The notes beneath the pieces are model-generated. The model saw nothing but the letters and a program-made list of their open reading frames with translations, was not told the DNA's origin and did not search any database. DNA of 64,000 nt. Source: Bdellovibrionota bacterium (GTDB lineage Bacteria > Bdellovibrionota > Bacteriovoracia > Bacteriovoracales > Bacteriovoracaceae). The position numbers were made by a program, and so were the translations under genes. Positions 61,443 to 64,000 of the stretch are shown in pieces (positions within the stretch are counted from its first letter, which is position 1; each line of letters starts with the position of its first letter). The stretch covers positions 9,945 to 73,944 of the forward strand of contig JAYZFM010000042.1 of assembly GCA_036336775.1 (NCBI GenBank). Direction: 5' to 3'.

Positions 61443-63958
61443 TACAGCTTTTCTCCGTCCTCGATAAGTTTGTCGATTTTCACTTCAAAAAGCATGATCA
61501 TTGATCTTTGACCGGTACTAAAATTATTGTCTGCTGTCAGAACAAGAGATTGTTTACCATTGGGAAGAACCGGCCCTAATGCCATACCTTCAAGGTTATC
61601 TAATCTTCTAAACCCTGGAGACATTTGGTTTTTGATGTCATCCAGATCTAGGATTAATTTCTTTTCAGTATTTTTAGCATTTTCAATCTTATCATCGCTC
61701 ATACCAAGCATATTTTCTGCATTAGCAAGGTTCACTAGAAAAATTCTTGAAGTAAGTCGTCTAGCACTATTATCCCAACTTCTCTCTAAAGTAAGTAGGA
61801 TATGTTCATTAAGTGCAAGAACTTCTACTAAACCATTATCTGGTTCATCCTCTAACTCGTAGAAATATTGTCCTTGTTCTACAAATTTCCCGCCCACAGA
61901 TTGGTACTTAACAAGTCTTACTCTATCAACGGTCTTTTTACTTCCGCGAAAAAAGCTTTTGGTAAAGCGCTGGTCTTGTTGAAGAGCCGCTTCGTTTCCA
62001 GTGAAAAGAAATTGTTTATCCGGAGTTAGAGAAAGAGACTCAAAACTCTTATTATTTTGTAATCCTGACTGATAGTAGCTATAAGTACATTTTTCTTGAA
62101 CTGGTTTCACTGGTTGAGCATCCGCTACGATAGCACCTTGCTGAGCTCCTCCTTGTTGAGGTCCGCCTTGCTGAGGAGTACCCTGCTGTCCTCGGCTTGA
62201 TCTTGAGCTTCTACCACTTCTTATCGGTTTACATTTTTTCTCAGTAATCGTTCTTGGTCTGAAGGCGATATCGATAGGGATAGTATCAATCTCTTTTCCC
62301 TTTGCCGAAAATCTAGTTAAAAAGTCACTTCCTCCGAGGTCATCCATTTCAGAAGAAACGATCATATCTCCGTTGGCTAGAAAATCAAAACCTTCAGGGT
62401 CCATATTAAAGCGAGTCGCATTGCCTGATCTTCTGTGACTCCCACTACCTCTATTAGTTTGAGGCTTAGACTTATCAAACTTAATCATCTTGTCTTCAGT
62501 AATTTTTAATTCGCCTTCTTTATCAAAAGAGTAGTTGTATACATAAATTCGAGGATCCCCGTTAAACCCTCTATCATCACTTAGAAGGTAAGCTTTTTTC
62601 GTTTCCTCATTAAATCTTAAAGCCGAAAGACCTCCCACTCGAATATTTCCGTTTTTGAAATTGGTTTCCGAGTGAATATTGTAATCACGGTAAAGCCTTA
62701 GGTAAGAATTATATTTTGAGTGTTTTTGGTATTTTAAATCACCCTTACAGTCATTAAATACATAATAGAAAGCATTTGCATCAGACTGATTGATACGTCC
62801 TCGGACATGTTTGTTTTTCTCATCTAGCTCATTTTGTCTTAATCCAAAATAGTCTAATAGACCCGAGTTAAGTCCAGACTTTACACAAGTCACGTATTCT
62901 GGGTTTCTTAGGTTTTGCGAGGTGGATACACTAGTACATAATTGATATGCGGTGCTTTTCTGAATTCCATATTCTACAGTGGTTTCTGCACATTTTCTAA
63001 AGCCCCAGCTATTGATATGATCAAGTTTGTCTTGGTACTCAGTACAGAAATTAAGAACTTTTTCCATCCCGAGAGCTTCTTTATTATCTTTAACACAATC
63101 TTGAAATTCTGGTTTGTAGAAGATCACTCTAAAATCCATCTCAAGACATTTGTCTTGCATAAGCTCAATCCCATATTCTGGCGCATTTTGCTCGACACAG
63201 CCTTTAGTGTACTCACTATTTAAATCGGTGCAAAGTTTGAACGCGGCCATTGGATCAGCCTTATGAGCTAACATACTTTCCATACAGCCTGAGAATTCAT
63301 CAGCAGCAACCTTCTGTTTTACGTTATAGTCGTTACACTCAGTCCAAGCGTCTTGGGAGCGAACATATTTTCGAGCATCATTCCAACATTGGACCTTGTC
63401 TTGGCCATTAAAATTGGTACAAATATTGATTTTATCATAATCACTAAGACCTTGAGACGGAGATAGCTGCTTAATACATTTGTCAAAAGCATAAGTGGAA
63501 ACTTCTTTTCCAGAATTAGGATCAAGACAGATTCTTGGACTAAGAGTTTGACTGATACCTTCGATCTTATCTACACATCTTGGTACTTCATTCGAAGTAA
63601 GGTAGGTGTTCTTCCAACCCTCAGCACAATCTCCCGCAATGCCAGAGTCATATTTTTTATAAGGCTTTACTTTTTCTAGACACTGAAAGTAGTCGTCCCA
63701 TTTAACATAATTGATTTCTCTAGAATTCCAACCCGTTCTTTTACAAACCCAGTCATCATTTTCATAGCCGGCAGCTTTGAATTTTTTCTCACACATATTT
63801 AATTTAGGTGCTGGCGCTACATATGGTTGTTGTGAAGGGCAAAGATAGAGAGGTCCTGTATAGGACTGACTAACTCTATTTCCATTTTGGTCACAATCGT
63901 ATTTAGCATAGGCACTAGTAGTTACAAATAATAGCATTAAAACATTTGTTAGTTTCAT
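61442..63958 (-). CDS. large secreted protein: Cys-rich helical repeats plus a split phytase-like esterase domain
   Basis: Signal peptide MKLTNVLMLLFVTTSAYA. The N-terminal 400 aa or so are repeated Cys-containing modules. GGLSALRFNEETKKAYLLSDDRG and LDNLEGMALGPVLPNGKQSLVLTADNNF are separated by a low-complexity stretch, RSSRSSRGQQGTPQQGGPQQGGAQQGA. Confidence 0.55.
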   Translation of the reverse strand: MKLTNVLMLLFVTTSAYAKYDCDQNGNRVSQSYTGPLYLCPSQQPYVAPAPKLNMCEKKFKAAGYENDDWVCKRTGWNSREINYVKWDDYFQCLEKVKPYKKYDSGIAGDCAEGWKNTYLTSNEVPRCVDKIEGISQTLSPRICLDPNSGKEVSTYAFDKCIKQLSPSQGLSDYDKINICTNFNGQDKVQCWNDARKYVRSQDAWTECNDYNVKQKVAADEFSGCMESMLAHKADPMAAFKLCTDLNSEYTKGCVEQNAPEYGIELMQDKCLEMDFRVIFYKPEFQDCVKDNKEALGMEKVLNFCTEYQDKLDHINSWGFRKCAETTVEYGIQKSTAYQLCTSVSTSQNLRNPEYVTCVKSGLNSGLLDYFGLRQNELDEKNKHVRGRINQSDANAFYYVFNDCKGDLKYQKHSKYNSYLRLYRDYNIHSETNFKNGNIRVGGLSALRFNEETKKAYLLSDDRGFNGDPRIYVYNYSFDKEGELKITEDKMIKFDKSKPQTNRGSGSHRRSGNATRFNMDPEGFDFLANGDMIVSSEMDDLGGSDFLTRFSAKGKEIDTIPIDIAFRPRTITEKKCKPIRSGRSSRSSRGQQGTPQQGGPQQGGAQQGAIVADAQPVKPVQEKCTYSYYQSGLQNNKSFESLSLTPDKQFLFTGNEAALQQDQRFTKSFFRGSKKTVDRVRLVKYQSVGGKFVEQGQYFYELEDEPDNGLVEVLALNEHILLTLERSWDNSARRLTSRIFLVNLANAENMLGMSDDKIENAKNTEKKLILDLDDIKNQMSPGFRRLDNLEGMALGPVLPNGKQSLVLTADNNFSTGQRSMIMLFEVKIDKLIEDGEKL

Positions 63959-64000
63959 TTAAAGCTCACTGTTAAGTTTTGTAGGTATAAATCATCGCTT

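Noticed and set aside
349-63525. There are many 60-120-aa ORFs in the track that lie antisense to, or out of frame within, longer motif-bearing genes. Examples are 349..543, 1118..1315, 1803..2030, 9064..9324, 13876..14121, 15542..15808, 20370..20552, 35708..36358, 38124..38654, 46743..47063, 47346..48033, 51143..51569, 53197..53503 and 61527..61862.
   Set aside because: They are fully embedded in longer ORFs that have clear family motifs or signal peptides. They show low-complexity AT-rich-frame composition and have no RBS or motif support. I treat them as shadow ORFs.
1-64000. A search by eye for CRISPR arrays, rRNA genes, IS elements or transposases, prophage genes and long tandem repeats.
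   Set aside because: I found none. The only repeats seen are the short leader repeat at 46542-46580, the 49139-49159 palindrome, and coding low-complexity (QQG) at about 62130-62222.

Overview
This is a 64-kb AT-rich chromosomal segment from a Gram-negative bacterium. LPS heptose genes, TatC, OmpA-type domains and many lipoboxes support that. The gene content and the very high density of signal-peptide proteins resemble a Bdellovibrio-like predator (Halobacteriovorax/Bacteriovorax type), but that is only an inference. I support about 65 CDS, one tRNA-Leu(UAA), several intrinsic terminators, and candidate sigma-54 and sigma-32 promoters. I recognised no rRNA, CRISPR array, transposase or integrase.

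Recognisable housekeeping genes:
- Nitrogen and polyamine metabolism: glnN (type III glutamine synthetase), speB and speE.
- Protein processing and export: map, aat, tatC, htpG.
- Envelope and lipid: hldD, GT9 and GT2 LPS core transferases, a PlsC-type acyltransferase, glpQ.
- Other: alkB, a DksA/TraR-type regulator.

Items most worth follow-up:
1. 24220-28118: a tightly packed operon of a lipoprotein plus a soluble complex-I-like module (NuoB-like, NuoCD-like, NuoI-like). The NuoB-like protein has lost all N2-cluster cysteines, and no membrane subunits are present.
2. 19524-21593: an orphan operon of an FHA/zinc-ribbon protein, a MotA/ExbB-like channel and a coiled-coil OmpA/MotB-like protein.
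3. 56555-57238: a signal-peptide-bearing macrodomain whose conserved motifs are in circularly permuted order.
4. 37588-38013: a standalone FliG C-terminal-domain protein wedged between hldD and a radical SAM gene.
5. 11798-12703: a secreted protein-glutaminase-like Cys-His-Asp enzyme.
6. 49.8-64 kb: eleven consecutive secreted proteins. They include two split phytase-like paralogues, a shared uncharacterised domain, and a protein whose mature region is 26% histidine.

All functional calls rest on motif recognition by eye. None has been checked against a database.
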